Below, piece by piece: positions 43,717 to 54,864 of a stretch of DNA of 64,000 nt. The number at the start of each line of letters is the position of its first letter. Position 1 is the first letter of the stretch. Made by a program: the position numbers and the translations under genes. Under the pieces are notes generated by a model. That model searched no databases. It was given only the letters and a program-made list of their open reading frames with translations, and was not told the origin of the DNA. This DNA is from an uncultured bacterium (GTDB lineage: Bacteria > Krumholzibacteriota > Krumholzibacteriia > WVZY01), in the NCBI GenBank assembly GCA_965372355.1, contig CBDVBZ010000002.1, forward strand, positions 27,541-91,540, written 5' to 3'.

Positions 43717-45588
43717 ATGCACAGAGAGCTCACCTTCTATCCAGAGATCGAGCGTACGCGGGATCTACTGTATTCCGAGTACACCAGCCAAGATCGCAGT
43801 ATCCACGTCCTGCTGCAGGATAATTCCGCGCCGCAATACCGCTTCTTGCTGGAAGCATACCGCGAGATCGTTTCCCGTTATTCGTCAGCGACGCACCTTG
43901 AGTCGCCGGTTTCGTTTCTCAGGGAGCTCGCCGGGCGTCTCGACAAGTTGTCGAAAGCGACGCAGATCACTCCCGATGATTTTAAATCGATGGGTCTCTA
44001 CGTACTGCTGCGCGCATGCGACGCCTACTACCTGTTCGTGTCACGAGATGACGATATCTTCGTTTACGAAGACGGTGAGACGCTGTCGCTTTCCCAGCTG
44101 CCACCGGAGGCGGTCGAACGGGTCCACTTCGACGGGACCACGTTGCAGGAGGAGCTGTTTCCCAGCACGTTGAAAGAAGGGTTTCTTCTTTTCAGACTCG
44201 ACCCCGAGCACTTCGGAGGCCGCGACATCGTGCTTGGCTGCGGAGAAGAGGACAAGAGCACGGTCCTCGAGGCCCTGTCGGGACCGCTATGGCTGGGCAC
44301 CAGTGTTCTGCGCAACACGGTGACATCGAGATTTATAACCCGAAGGGTTCTGGCGCTGCGCTTCGATGTTGTGGACAGAGAGGTGACGGCGGCCCGTTTC
44401 GGGTCGAAGCGTCGTGGGGCACTGCGACTCGCCGTCGGGCTGGGTTCGACGGCCATCGCCGTGCTGCTTGCCCTGTGGGTTGGCAAGATGCTGCTGCCCG
44501 GTGAAGAGCACCGCGCCGCGCTCGAGAGGCCCTCTCAAATGGCCGACCTGGCCGTCGAGGAAACGGGTGGGGCACCGGGGGTGGGGGAAGTGGTGCCGGG
44601 AGATTCGATTCAGCTCACGCTTGGGTGGAAGAGGTCGTTTGGCGACCCGGTCACATCGTCACCGGTGATCCACGGTCCGCGAGTCTTATTCGGTTGCAGG
44701 GATGGAAATGTCTATGCGCTCGACCGGGAGACCGGCGAGCGGCTGTGGATGACCGCCGCGTTGGAGGGGGTGGGAGCCTCGGCAGCAGTTCATGGAGACA
44801 TGATTGTCGTGGCGGACTATGGCGGCGGCGTCTCGATGTTGACCGCGGATTCGGGTACACCAAAATGGCGACAGAAGCTTCCGATGCGGATCGTCAGTTC
44901 GCCAACCGTGATCGATGACCGCGTTGTCGTGGGTTGCTACGACGGGTTTGCCTACTGCCTATCGATGAATGACGGCAGTGTCCTGTGGAAGCAGAGGACG
45001 GGTGCGAGGATCCGCGCGGCAACAGCCGCAGCGGGCGGGAGAGTTTTTGTGGCCTCGTACGACGGGTACCTCTATGCGTTGTCGGTGTCAACGGGCGCCG
45101 TCGAATGGCGATTCGCCGTTGGAGGGAAGCTCGAAAGCGCTCCCGCAGTGCACGGCGATCTTGTGATCATCGGCTCGCCGGATGGAAGCATCCACGCCGT
45201 CGCAGTAGGGGACGGCAGTCAGCGTTGGAAGTTCCAGACGGGTGGCGCGGTTGAATCGTCTCCGGCTGTCGATGAGCGCTTTGTATTCGTCGGGTCGAGC
45301 GACAAACATGTGTACTGTTTGAATGCGGCGGACGGGTCTGTGGTTTGGAAATACGAGACGGGTGACCAGGTACTGTCGCGTCCCCGCATCGAGGGTGATG
45401 CGATCTACATAGGTTCGTATGACGGCTACCTCTACTGTCTGGATCGCCGCACGGGCGGGCTGATCGATCGGTTTCAGAGTGACGGCAAAATCTACTCTTC
45501 GCCGATGGTGGATGACCGTTCGGTTTATTTCGGCAACAACAGCGGTGACTTCATTTGTTTGAAACACCGAGTGGGAAAAGCGTTATAA
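43717..45588 (+). CDS. membrane-anchored PQQ-repeat beta-propeller protein with an uncharacterised ~230-aa cytoplasmic N-terminal domain
   Basis: TM helix LAVGLGSTAIAVLLALWVG; >=7 PQQ/BamB-like repeats (VYALDRETGERLW, ...GSVLWK, ...GAVEWR, ...GSQRWK, ...GSVVWK). Confidence 0.7.
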   Translation: MHRELTFYPEIERTRDLLYSEYTSQDRSIHVLLQDNSAPQYRFLLEAYREIVSRYSSATHLESPVSFLRELAGRLDKLSKATQITPDDFKSMGLYVLLRACDAYYLFVSRDDDIFVYEDGETLSLSQLPPEAVERVHFDGTTLQEELFPSTLKEGFLLFRLDPEHFGGRDIVLGCGEEDKSTVLEALSGPLWLGTSVLRNTVTSRFITRRVLALRFDVVDREVTAARFGSKRRGALRLAVGLGSTAIAVLLALWVGKMLLPGEEHRAALERPSQMADLAVEETGGAPGVGEVVPGDSIQLTLGWKRSFGDPVTSSPVIHGPRVLFGCRDGNVYALDRETGERLWMTAALEGVGASAAVHGDMIVVADYGGGVSMLTADSGTPKWRQKLPMRIVSSPTVIDDRVVVGCYDGFAYCLSMNDGSVLWKQRTGARIRAATAAAGGRVFVASYDGYLYALSVSTGAVEWRFAVGGKLESAPAVHGDLVIIGSPDGSIHAVAVGDGSQRWKFQTGGAVESSPAVDERFVFVGSSDKHVYCLNAADGSVVWKYETGDQVLSRPRIEGDAIYIGSYDGYLYCLDRRTGGLIDRFQSDGKIYSSPMVDDRSVYFGNNSGDFICLKHRVGKAL

Positions 45589-45616
45589 AGGGTATACGAA
45601 AAGGAGGAGTTTAGGT

Positions 45617-45817
45617 ATGCCCAGAGGAATGATCAGTTTCTTCAACGAGAGCAAAGGCTACGGTTTTATCGAGAGTGACCGGGAAGACAGCATATTCGTG
45701 CACCACTCCGCGATCAAAAAAGGCGGCTACAAGACCCTGCAGGAGGGCCAGGAAGTCTGGTTTGACGTCAAGGTTGGGCAGCACGGGGTAGAGGCGGTCA
45801 ACGTCCACAAAATCTGA
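45617..45817 (+). CDS. cspA: cold-shock protein (CspA family)
   Basis: GMISFFNESKGYGFIESD...FVHHSAI RNP1/RNP2 motifs; AAGGAGG RBS. Confidence 0.9.
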   Translation: MPRGMISFFNESKGYGFIESDREDSIFVHHSAIKKGGYKTLQEGQEVWFDVKVGQHGVEAVNVHKI

Positions 45818-45853
45818 TTCTCGATCAACTCATCTTCGTTCCCGCCAGGGATA

Positions 45854-45888
45854 GGCTATAGGGAAGCGCCGTAAGGCGTGGTATAGCC
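45854..45888 (+). other. nested hairpin in the cspA-secA spacer: GGCUAUA-gggaa-GCGCC-GUAA-GGCGU-gg-UAUAGCC (GNRA tetraloop)
   Basis: Seen directly; not followed by a U-tract. Confidence 0.35.
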
Positions 45889-45948
45889 AGTATTGCGAAA
45901 TGCTCTGACATTTGTTAGGTTCCCTACGTCCACGACTGCGTGAATACC

Positions 45949-48900
45949 ATGAAAAAGACTCTGCTGAGCAAGATATTCAAACCCAAGTCCGAGCGGGACT
46001 ACAACCGTCACCGGGACACCGTTAGAAAGATCAACGAGCTTGCCGAGACGTTTTCTGCCTTGCGGCCGGAGGATTTTCCAGCGAAGACCGAGGAGTTCAA
46101 GGCCCGTCTGAAGGCGGGTGAGACGCTCGACGACATCCTCCCGGAGGCCTTTGCGCTTGTCAAGTCGGTGTGCCGTGCGCTGGTGGGCCAAACCTGGGAT
46201 GTGTGCGGCATTGAAATCGGTTGGGAAATGGTCCCCTACGATGTCCAGCTCGTTGGCGGGATCGTTCTGCACGGGGGTGATATATCGGAGATGGCGACCG
46301 GTGAGGGCAAGACGCTGGTCGCGACGATGCCGATGTATCTCAATGCGCTCTCCGGCAAGGGCGCTCACCTCATCACGGTCAACGACTATCTGGCCCAGCG
46401 TGACTCGGAATGGATGGGCAAGGTCTACAGGACTCTCGGGCTGACGGTTGGGTGTGTCAAGGCGGATATCTCCAACGAGGAACGCAAGGCGGCCTACGGC
46501 GCCGATATTACCTACGGAACCAACAACGAGTTCGGGTTCGATTATCTCCGCGACAACATGAAGACACGGGTGGAGGACAAGGTCCAGCGACAGCACTTCT
46601 ACGCGATTGTCGACGAGGTGGACAGCGTGCTGATCGACGAGGCCCGAACCCCTCTCATTATTTCGGGGCCGGTGACCGCGAGCCAGTCGTCGGAGTTGTT
46701 TGCGCGTTTGCGCCCCGAGGTCGAGCGCGCCGTGCAGCTGCAGGCACGCATGATCAACACGCTGATCTCGTTCGCCGAGAAGAACCTCGAGAGTGAGGAT
46801 CAGGACGAGGAAGTGGCGATCGCGCTGCTCAAGGTGAGCCGGGGCGATCCGAAGAACTCGCGGTTTCTCAAGCTCAAGAAGGAGCCGGGTGTCGACAGAA
46901 TGATCGCGAGGAAGGAAGCGGACTTCATGCGGGACAAGGCGCTCCACGAGCTCGATGAGCAGTTGTTCTACGCGGTCGACGAAAAAGGAAACACGATCAA
47001 CCTGACGGACAAGGGACGCGAGGCTCTGGCGCCACAGGACCGCGAGCAGTTTGTCCTGCCCGATATCGGCGAGGAGATGGAGAGGATCGACAACGACACG
47101 TCGATCGATCCCGCCGAGAGGGTAAAGAGGAAAGACCAACTCTACCGAGACTACGGACAGAAATCAGATGCGATTCACAATTTCAACCAGCTTCTGAAGG
47201 CGTACACGCTATTCGAGAGCGATGTCGAGTATGTGGTTCAGGACGATCGTGTGGTCATCGTCGACGAGTTTACCGGGCGACTGATGCCAGGCAGACGTTT
47301 CTCCGACGGTTTGCATCAGGCCCTCGAAGCAAAGGAACGCGTCAAGATCGAGGGTGAAACGCAGACACTGGCGACGATCACGCTTCAGAACTACTTTCGG
47401 ATGTACGAAAAGCTCGCCGGTATGACCGGTACCGCCATCACGGAGGCCGCCGAGTTTCACAAGATCTACAAGCTCGATGTTTCGGTGGTTCCGACGAACG
47501 AGTTGGTCCGGCGCGTGGACTACGACGATCGCATCTACCGGACCAAGCGTGAGAAGTACAATTCCATCGTCGAGGAGATCGCGCGTCTCCAGGAGAAAAA
47601 CCTCCCGGTGCTTGTGGGCACGGTATCGGTCGAAGTTTCCGAGCTTATCAGCCGGCTACTCAAGAGAAAGGGTATCAATCACAACGTCCTCAACGCAAAG
47701 CATCATCAGCGTGAGGCCGAGATCGTGGCGGACGCGGGTAAGGCGGGTGCGGTGACGATCGCCACAAACATGGCGGGGCGCGGGACGGATATCAAACTTG
47801 GCCCGGGTGTCGTCAAGTGCGATGGGTGTGGTATCGGCACAAAAAAGACCTCTTGGAAGACGCGGGACGAGGTAGAGGTCAACCCGGTCGAGTGCGCGAA
47901 GGACGTTCCCTGCGGTCTGCATATCATAGGGACCGAGCGCCACGAGGCGCGCCGCATCGATCGCCAGCTGCGGGGGCGCGCCGGGCGTCAGGGAGATCCC
48001 GGCGTCTCGTTGTTCTTTTTGTCGCTCGAGGATGATCTCATGCGGCTCTTCGGTGGCTCGCAGCGGATCTCGGGGCTGATGGATCGGATGGGTCTCGAGG
48101 AGGGTGAGGTCATCACGCACGGGCTGGTGACGAAGGCGATCGAGCGTGCACAGCAGAAGGTCGAGAATTACAACTTCGAGATCAGAAAACGGCTCATCGA
48201 CTATGATGACGTGATGAACCGGCAGAGGGAGGCCATTTACGGCCGCCGTGATGAAATCATCGAGGCCGAGAATCTGACCGATATTCTCAAGGCGATGGTC
48301 GATGACGTCGTCGAGGACAAGGTCGCTGGCTACATCGACCTATCCGAGCTGCCGGAGAACTGGGATCTCGCCGGATTGCTGGCCGATTTGGAGGCGACGT
48401 TCCTCTACGCGTTTCCAACGCCCGCGGGTGATATCCAGGATCTAGACGAAGAGGATCTTCGCGAGCACGTGAAGGCGCTGGCCTACGAGGCGCTGGAGTC
48501 GCGCGAGCGCTTTCTGTTCGAACAGTTGGGCAGTTCCGAGGTGGTCGATGAGTTCAAGAAGTACGTCTTGCTTCAGACGATCGATGAGCGGTGGATGGAT
48601 CATCTCCACGAGCTGGATTATCTGAAGGAGGGGATCCATTTTCGGGCATACGCGCAGAAGAACCCCCTCGTCGAGTACAAGAAGGAGGCGTTTGGTCTGT
48701 TTGGCGAGCTGAACGCGACGATCGACCAGGATGCCCTGCAGGCGTTCTTCCACGCAAGGATCGCCGCGCGCGAGCGTCGCCGCGACCTGGGCGCATCAGC
48801 GAAGGCGGTCCATCAGGATACGGGGGTCTACGCCATGCAACCGGCGGGGGGAATGGGGACGTCGGAAGCGATGGATCAAGCCCTCAAGCAGCCTGCCCCG

Positions 48901-48999
48901 AGCCAGCCCAAGAGGCGCGCGGTGAAGAAAGTCGGCCGCAACGACCCATGTCCGTGCGGGAGCGGCAAAAAGTACAAGAAGTGCCACGGCGGAGGCTAG
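45949..48999 (+). CDS. secA: preprotein translocase ATPase SecA (with C-terminal zinc-binding [14 protein letters not shown])
   Basis: DEAD-like motor motifs, preprotein cross-linking domain, C-terminal Cys4 zinc finger; ATG 45949 (ORF-track GTG 45940). Confidence 0.95.
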   Translation: MKKTLLSKIFKPKSERDYNRHRDTVRKINELAETFSALRPEDFPAKTEEFKARLKAGETLDDILPEAFALVKSVCRALVGQTWDVCGIEIGWEMVPYDVQLVGGIVLHGGDISEMATGEGKTLVATMPMYLNALSGKGAHLITVNDYLAQRDSEWMGKVYRTLGLTVGCVKADISNEERKAAYGADITYGTNNEFGFDYLRDNMKTRVEDKVQRQHFYAIVDEVDSVLIDEARTPLIISGPVTASQSSELFARLRPEVERAVQLQARMINTLISFAEKNLESEDQDEEVAIALLKVSRGDPKNSRFLKLKKEPGVDRMIARKEADFMRDKALHELDEQLFYAVDEKGNTINLTDKGREALAPQDREQFVLPDIGEEMERIDNDTSIDPAERVKRKDQLYRDYGQKSDAIHNFNQLLKAYTLFESDVEYVVQDDRVVIVDEFTGRLMPGRRFSDGLHQALEAKERVKIEGETQTLATITLQNYFRMYEKLAGMTGTAITEAAEFHKIYKLDVSVVPTNELVRRVDYDDRIYRTKREKYNSIVEEIARLQEKNLPVLVGTVSVEVSELISRLLKRKGINHNVLNAKHHQREAEIVADAGKAGAVTIATNMAGRGTDIKLGPGVVKCDGCGIGTKKTSWKTRDEVEVNPVECAKDVPCGLHIIGTERHEARRIDRQLRGRAGRQGDPGVSLFFLSLEDDLMRLFGGSQRISGLMDRMGLEEGEVITHGLVTKAIERAQQKVENYNFEIRKRLIDYDDVMNRQREAIYGRRDEIIEAENLTDILKAMVDDVVEDKVAGYIDLSELPENWDLAGLLADLEATFLYAFPTPAGDIQDLDEEDLREHVKALAYEALESRERFLFEQLGSSEVVDEFKKYVLLQTIDERWMDHLHELDYLKEGIHFRAYAQKNPLVEYKKEAFGLFGELNATIDQDALQAFFHARIAARERRRDLGASAKAVHQDTGVYAMQPAGGMGTSEAMDQALKQPAPSQPKRRAVKKVGRNDPCPCGSGKKYKKCHGGG

Positions 49000-49144
49000 A
49001 CAGCACATCGGGCGCCGTGGCCCCTAATCCCATCCTTAGAAAAATAAGGATTGCATCGTCAGGCGGACTGGGTTTATGTTTCTATGCCGATTTGACCTAG
49101 CATGCTAATTGCTTGTAATATCGTCCCATGGAGGGGCATCCAGC

Positions 49145-49600
49145 ATGGTCGACAGATTTATGGACCTCGTGGTTCTCCTGGTCGAGATGACCCGGACGAG
49201 CAATAAGTCCTTTGGTGAATTGGACAAAGAGCTGATCTCCCTCGGGTATTCCTCCGAGGAGATCGAGCAGGCCTTCTCGTGGGTTTCCAACCAGTGGCAC
49301 CGTGTGGAACACGGTCTGGTGGGTGAGGGTGGAGGTATGCCCATCCGCGTTTTGAGCCCGTGGGAGAGCACGGTGCTCGACCCGGAGGCGTACAGCTATC
49401 TCCTTCGATTGCAGGCGCTGGGGCTGCTCGACGACGACCAGTTCGAGCGGATCATGTATCGAATCGTGCCGTTTCGTGGCGAGAGAGTCGGGGTCAGCGA
49501 GATCAAGGCGCTGGCCGGATCGGTGATTTTCGAACTGGGTGGCGATGAGTTCGAGAACGAGCTGCTTAATATGTTGGATGATGGCACTCAGCTAAACTAG
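49145..49600 (+). CDS. smg: Smg (DUF494) protein
   Basis: MVDRFMDLVVLLVE...ELISLGYSSEEIEQAFSWV...YLLRLQALGLLDDDQFERIMYRIV parallels E. coli Smg; GGAGGGG RBS; precedes topA as in the dprA-smg-topA arrangement. Confidence 0.7.
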   Translation: MVDRFMDLVVLLVEMTRTSNKSFGELDKELISLGYSSEEIEQAFSWVSNQWHRVEHGLVGEGGGMPIRVLSPWESTVLDPEAYSYLLRLQALGLLDDDQFERIMYRIVPFRGERVGVSEIKALAGSVIFELGGDEFENELLNMLDDGTQLN

Positions 49601-49730
49601 TGCAGTGAAATCTGATGCCGGTCGAGGCCGACTTCGTGCGGGTGTCCTCGAACGGCAGGCAGGCAGACAACAAACATACGACTGAGATATCGCGAGCCTC
49701 CGGGGCTGCGCGTTTCTTCTTTTAAAAGAC

Positions 49731-51941
49731 ATGGCAAAACAACAATCTCTGGTCATTGTGGAGTCGCCGGCAAAGGCGAACACCATCAAGAAGTTTCTCG
49801 GCAGGAACTACAAGGTGGTGGCTTCTGTCGGTCACGTCATGGATCTCCCGAAAAACGAGCTCGGCGTCGATGTCGAGAACGGGTTCACGCCGAAGTACGT
49901 CGTGTCCAAGGGCAAGCAGAAGGTCTTGAGCCAGATAAAAAAGGATGCGAAGGCTGCCGGCGAAGTCTATCTGGCCCTTGATATGGATCGGGAGGGTGAA
50001 GCGATCGCCTGGCATCTCGAGCAGGCCATCAAGAAATCCCAATCGAACATCAAGCGAATCATCTTCAACGAGATCACCAAGACGGCGATCAAAGAGGCCA
50101 TCGACAACCCCGGGGTTGTCGACCAGCGCAAGGTGGATGCCCAACAGGCCAGGCGGATCCTCGACCGGCTCGTCGGTTACCAGATTAGTCCGATCCTCTG
50201 GCAGATTTTCTATTATGGCTTGAGCGCGGGGCGCGTGCAGACCGTGGGTCTGAGACTCGTTTGCGAGCGCGAGGCCGAGATAGAGGCCTTCAAGTCGGAG
50301 GAATACTGGTCGGTTGAGGCGATGCTTCTCACGAAGAAGGGTGAGGAAGTTCCAGCCCGGCTGACACAGATCGGAAAGGACAAGGCGGCGCTAAAGAACA
50401 AGGCACAAGTCGATCCGGTTCTCGCCGAGTTGAGAAAGAGCGAGTTCGATGTTGCCGACGTGGTCAAGAAGGAGAAAAAGCGCAACCCGCAGCCGCCGTT
50501 CATCACGAGTACATTGCAGCGGGACGCGGCGGGACGCCTTCGCTTTTCGCCCAAGAAAGTCATGATGCTCGCCCAACAGCTCTACGAGGGCATCGATCTG
50601 GGCAAGGACGAGCGCGTCGGGTTGATCACGTATATGAGAACCGATTCCGTACGGATCGCGCCACAGGCAGTCAAGTCGGCGCGTGAGCACGTGAGCGCCG
50701 AGTTCGGCGAGGAGTACATACCGGGCAAGCCACGGATCTACAAACAGAAGAAGGGGGCACAGGACGCGCACGAAGCCATCCGGCCGACCGATGTCTCGCG
50801 GACTCCGGAATCCGTGAAGAGCTTTCTCACCAAGGACCAGTACGGCATCTACGAACTCGTCTGGCGGCGCTTTCTCGCATCGCAGATGGAGAGTGCGGTT
50901 TACGATACGACGGAAGTGTCGATCGAGGCGGGCAAGTACCGTCTGAAGGCAAATGGCCGCGTGATGAAGTTCAGAGGTTTCTTGAGTGTCTACGATGAGT
51001 CTCGCAAGGAGAATGAAACCGAGCTACCCGAAATGGCGAAGGGCGACAAGTTGGATCCCAAGTCGATCGACGGCTCGCAGCACTTCACGGAACCACCACC
51101 GCGTTACAGCGAGGCCTCGCTGATCAAGGAACTCGAAGACGGCGGCATCGGTAGACCGAGCACATACGCGAGTATCGTGTCGATTATCCAGGACCGCGAA
51201 TACGTCGTCAAGGAAGAGGGAAGACTCAAGCCCACGACACTCGGCAGACAGGTGTGGCTCACGCTGGAAGGTTTCTTCCCCGACATATTTGACAAGTCGT
51301 TCACGGCACTGATGGAAGAAGAGCTCGACAAGGTAGAGGGTGGTGAGGACACCTGGCAGAAGGTCGTCCAGGATTTTTACACGCCGTTCCGGGGCGCGCT
51401 CGATCAGATCGACGACAAGAAGGAACGCATCAAGAGTGAACTGCAGGAAGCCACTGATCTCGAGTGTGAGAAGTGTGGGCGGAAGCTGATCAAGAAATGG
51501 GGAAGGAATGGGCAGTTTCTCGCATGCCCCGCCTACCCCGAATGCAAGTTCTCCAGGCCCCTCGAGGAAGAGGCGGAAGCCGTCCAGCTCGATTTGACAT
51601 GTCCGAAGTGCGGCGGCGATCTCGTGGCCAAGGTCGGCCGCTACGGTCGCTTCGCCGCGTGCAAGAACTATCCGGAATGTAAACATACCGAGGCGTATCC
51701 GATCGGCATGGCCTGCCCGGCGGAGGGCTGCGATGGGCATGTCGTGGAAAAGGTCACCCGCCGCGGCAAACGCTTCTACGGTTGCAACCGTTACCCCAAG
51801 TGCACGTTCGCCGCATGGGACAAGCCGATCCCCACTCCCTGCCCTGCGTGTCAGAACGCGTACGTGGTAGAGAAAACATCGACGAAGCGCGGCATCTATC
51901 TCAAGTGCCCGGAGTGCAAAGAAGAAGTCACCTCCGACTGA
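49731..51941 (+). CDS. topA: DNA topoisomerase I (with three C-terminal C4 zinc ribbons)
   Basis: LVIVESPAKANTIKKFLG...VVASVGHVMDLP toprim N-terminus, catalytic Tyr region, CxxC...CxxC ribbons. Confidence 0.95.
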   Translation: MAKQQSLVIVESPAKANTIKKFLGRNYKVVASVGHVMDLPKNELGVDVENGFTPKYVVSKGKQKVLSQIKKDAKAAGEVYLALDMDREGEAIAWHLEQAIKKSQSNIKRIIFNEITKTAIKEAIDNPGVVDQRKVDAQQARRILDRLVGYQISPILWQIFYYGLSAGRVQTVGLRLVCEREAEIEAFKSEEYWSVEAMLLTKKGEEVPARLTQIGKDKAALKNKAQVDPVLAELRKSEFDVADVVKKEKKRNPQPPFITSTLQRDAAGRLRFSPKKVMMLAQQLYEGIDLGKDERVGLITYMRTDSVRIAPQAVKSAREHVSAEFGEEYIPGKPRIYKQKKGAQDAHEAIRPTDVSRTPESVKSFLTKDQYGIYELVWRRFLASQMESAVYDTTEVSIEAGKYRLKANGRVMKFRGFLSVYDESRKENETELPEMAKGDKLDPKSIDGSQHFTEPPPRYSEASLIKELEDGGIGRPSTYASIVSIIQDREYVVKEEGRLKPTTLGRQVWLTLEGFFPDIFDKSFTALMEEELDKVEGGEDTWQKVVQDFYTPFRGALDQIDDKKERIKSELQEATDLECEKCGRKLIKKWGRNGQFLACPAYPECKFSRPLEEEAEAVQLDLTCPKCGGDLVAKVGRYGRFAACKNYPECKHTEAYPIGMACPAEGCDGHVVEKVTRRGKRFYGCNRYPKCTFAAWDKPIPTPCPACQNAYVVEKTSTKRGIYLKCPECKEEVTSD

Positions 51942-51944
51942 TTC

Positions 51945-53306
51945 ATGAAAACCGTTCACATTATTGGTGGGGGACTCGCCGGCTGCGAGGCCGCCTGGCA
52001 GCTTGCCGACCGTGGTGTGCCTGTGCGGATGATCGAAATGCGCCCGCACGAGCCGACCGGTGCGCATCGCACGGATCGTCTGGCGGAAATCGTCTGCTCG
52101 AATTCGTTCAAGTCGACACTTCCCGAGACCGCCTCGGGACTGTTGAAGACCGAGCTCGATATCCTGGGTTGCCGTCTGCTCGGTGTGGCGAAACGCGCGG
52201 CGGTGCCAGCGGGACACGCGTTGGCGGTCGACCGCGAGATCTTCTCCGGAGCGGTAACGGAGACCATCGAGAACCACCCCCTCATCGATGTCACCCGGCG
52301 CCGCCAGGATGACCTCGATGTGCCGCTGCCGGCAATCATCGCCACCGGGCCTCTAACCGCCGATACGCTTTCGCAACGCTTAAGGGATCACTGCACGAGT
52401 GACCACCTTTATTTTTATGACGCCATTGCGCCGTCGATCGACGTGGAAACCCTCAACCTGGACAGCGGCTACTGGGCGAGTCGTTACGGCAAGGGTGAGG
52501 CGGACTATTTCAACTTGCCGCTTTCGAAAAAGCAGTATACCGACCTCGTTGGCAGGATCGGCGAGGCGGAGACGGTTCGGCCCCACGAGTTCGAGGACGA
52601 GAAATTCTTCGAGTCGTGTTTGCCCGTCGAGGAGATCGTCAGACGCGGCCGAGACACACTGCGGTTTGGCCCGCTCAAGCCCCGTGGTCTCCCGGACCCG
52701 CGAACGGGCCAGGAGCCCTATGCGGTGATCCAGTTGAGACAGGAAAGCCAGAGCGGCGGTCTGCTGGGGCTGGTTGGGTTTCAGACGCGAATGACGTATG
52801 GCGCGCAAAAGGAAGTGGTCCGGTCCATCCCCGGTCTGGAGGAGGCCAGGATACTCCGGTTCGGGTCGATCCACCGCAACATCTTCCTCAACCTCCCCGT
52901 GGTTTGCGACCGTTACCAGCGCGATCGCAGCGTAACGGGGCTCTACTATGCCGGGCAGATCTGCGGTGTCGAGGGGTACGTCGAGTGCGTCATGAGCGGG
53001 CTGGTATCGGCGCTCTCGATATACGCCGACGGAGTGGGAGCCCCCATGCCGCTTTTCCCCGATGACACCATGATCGGGGCTCTAATGAACTATATCCACA
53101 CCCCCACGAAGAATTTCCAGCCGATGAACGCCAATATGGGTGTCGTCCCCGCAACGCCAAGGCCAAAAGGACCCCGCAAGACCCGCTATCTCGCGGTGGC
53201 GCAGCGGGCCGAGCGCGCAATGAGGCGCTTCCGCGCTGACAACGACGGGTTGTTCCCGCCGGCCGGCGCGTCCGGGCCGAATGACGAGCGGGCAAATTTC
53301 GCTTAA
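51945..53306 (+). CDS. trmFO: methylenetetrahydrofolate--tRNA-(uracil54-C5)-methyltransferase TrmFO (Gid)
   Basis: VHIIGGGLAGCEAAWQLA...EMRP...AHRTD..AEIVCSNSFKS, characteristic TrmFO N-terminus. Confidence 0.9.
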   Translation: MKTVHIIGGGLAGCEAAWQLADRGVPVRMIEMRPHEPTGAHRTDRLAEIVCSNSFKSTLPETASGLLKTELDILGCRLLGVAKRAAVPAGHALAVDREIFSGAVTETIENHPLIDVTRRRQDDLDVPLPAIIATGPLTADTLSQRLRDHCTSDHLYFYDAIAPSIDVETLNLDSGYWASRYGKGEADYFNLPLSKKQYTDLVGRIGEAETVRPHEFEDEKFFESCLPVEEIVRRGRDTLRFGPLKPRGLPDPRTGQEPYAVIQLRQESQSGGLLGLVGFQTRMTYGAQKEVVRSIPGLEEARILRFGSIHRNIFLNLPVVCDRYQRDRSVTGLYYAGQICGVEGYVECVMSGLVSALSIYADGVGAPMPLFPDDTMIGALMNYIHTPTKNFQPMNANMGVVPATPRPKGPRKTRYLAVAQRAERAMRRFRADNDGLFPPAGASGPNDERANFA

Positions 53307-53367
53307 TCAATTACGCGCATTACATTATATTCTATCGGAACCTCTTGAATGCAAAGGCCTTCGTTCG

Positions 53368-54288
53368 ATGAATATCGACAAAGCCATAGTGAAGTTCGAG
53401 ATTTACCTCAACGCTGAACGCGGTCTCTCTCCAAACACCATCGAGGCGTACGCGACCGATCTGGCGCAGTTCGCCGAGTTTCTGGAACGCGTCGAGTCAT
53501 CCGTTGGTGTCGATCGCGTGGGGCTCCTCGAGATTCGCGCTTTCTTGAGGGAACAGGTCGACCGGGGCTTGAGCAGCCGGTCGATGATGAGAAAAATATC
53601 ATCGCTGCGGTCCTTTTTTGGATTCCTCGTCAAACGGCAGCATTGCCCGCTGGACCCGACGTTGAACCTGTCATCGCCGCGGAAGCGTGAGTCGCTGCCG
53701 ACGCTTGTCAGCGAGGATCGGATTAGTGAGATGATGACTTTGCCCGAGGTCTCGACGCTCTCCGGAGTGCGTGACAAGGCGATCCTCGAGTTCTTGTATG
53801 GAACGGGCGTTCGTCTCAGCGAGATGGTAGCGCTAGACATCGCGGACTTTATTGATGGGGGGGAAACGCTGCGCGTTTTTGGCAAGGGCAGCAAGGAACG
53901 GCTGGTGCCGTGGGGTGGTGAGGCGAGAAAATGGTTCTTTCTGTATCAGACGAAGCGGTTTGGTGGACGGGGAAAGTTTGACGAGCGACGCCTGAAACAG
54001 CACAGGAAATGTGCAGCGTTCTCGGCGGGCGTGGACACGGGACGGATCAGTCCCCGCACCGTTCAAAGGATCGTCGGCAAGTATCTCAGACGTGTGTCGC
54101 TGTCGGCCACCGTCAGCCCACACGTGCTGCGTCACGCGTTTGCGACACATCTGCTGGACAACGGTGCGGATCTTCGTGCCGTCCAGGAGCTGCTCGGACA
54201 CGAGAGTCTCTCGACCACTCAAATCTACACGCACGTAACGCCGAAACGGTTACGGGAGACCTACCGCAAGGCGCATCCTCGATCGTAA
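53368..54288 (+). CDS. xerC: tyrosine site-specific recombinase XerC (CodV-like position)
   Basis: [36 protein letters not shown] (R..H..R..Y catalytic signature); gene order topA-trmFO-xerC-hslVU. Confidence 0.85.
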   Translation: MNIDKAIVKFEIYLNAERGLSPNTIEAYATDLAQFAEFLERVESSVGVDRVGLLEIRAFLREQVDRGLSSRSMMRKISSLRSFFGFLVKRQHCPLDPTLNLSSPRKRESLPTLVSEDRISEMMTLPEVSTLSGVRDKAILEFLYGTGVRLSEMVALDIADFIDGGETLRVFGKGSKERLVPWGGEARKWFFLYQTKRFGGRGKFDERRLKQHRKCAAFSAGVDTGRISPRTVQRIVGKYLRRVSLSATVSPHVLRHAFATHLLDNGADLRAVQELLGHESLSTTQIYTHVTPKRLRETYRKAHPRS

Positions 54289-54298
54289 GGAGGCACCC

Positions 54299-54829
<531 letters not shown>

Positions 54830-54864
54830 CAGCGCTTGATCGGGAGAGGGAAGTGATACCCCCG

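Noticed and set aside
45856-47139. 427-aa ORF on the - strand
   Set aside because: Lies entirely antisense to secA, whose reading frame has overwhelming homology support. It is a typical high-GC shadow ORF.
51024-52277. 417-aa - strand ORF
   Set aside because: Antisense shadow ORF spanning the topA/trmFO junction. Both + strand genes are strongly supported.
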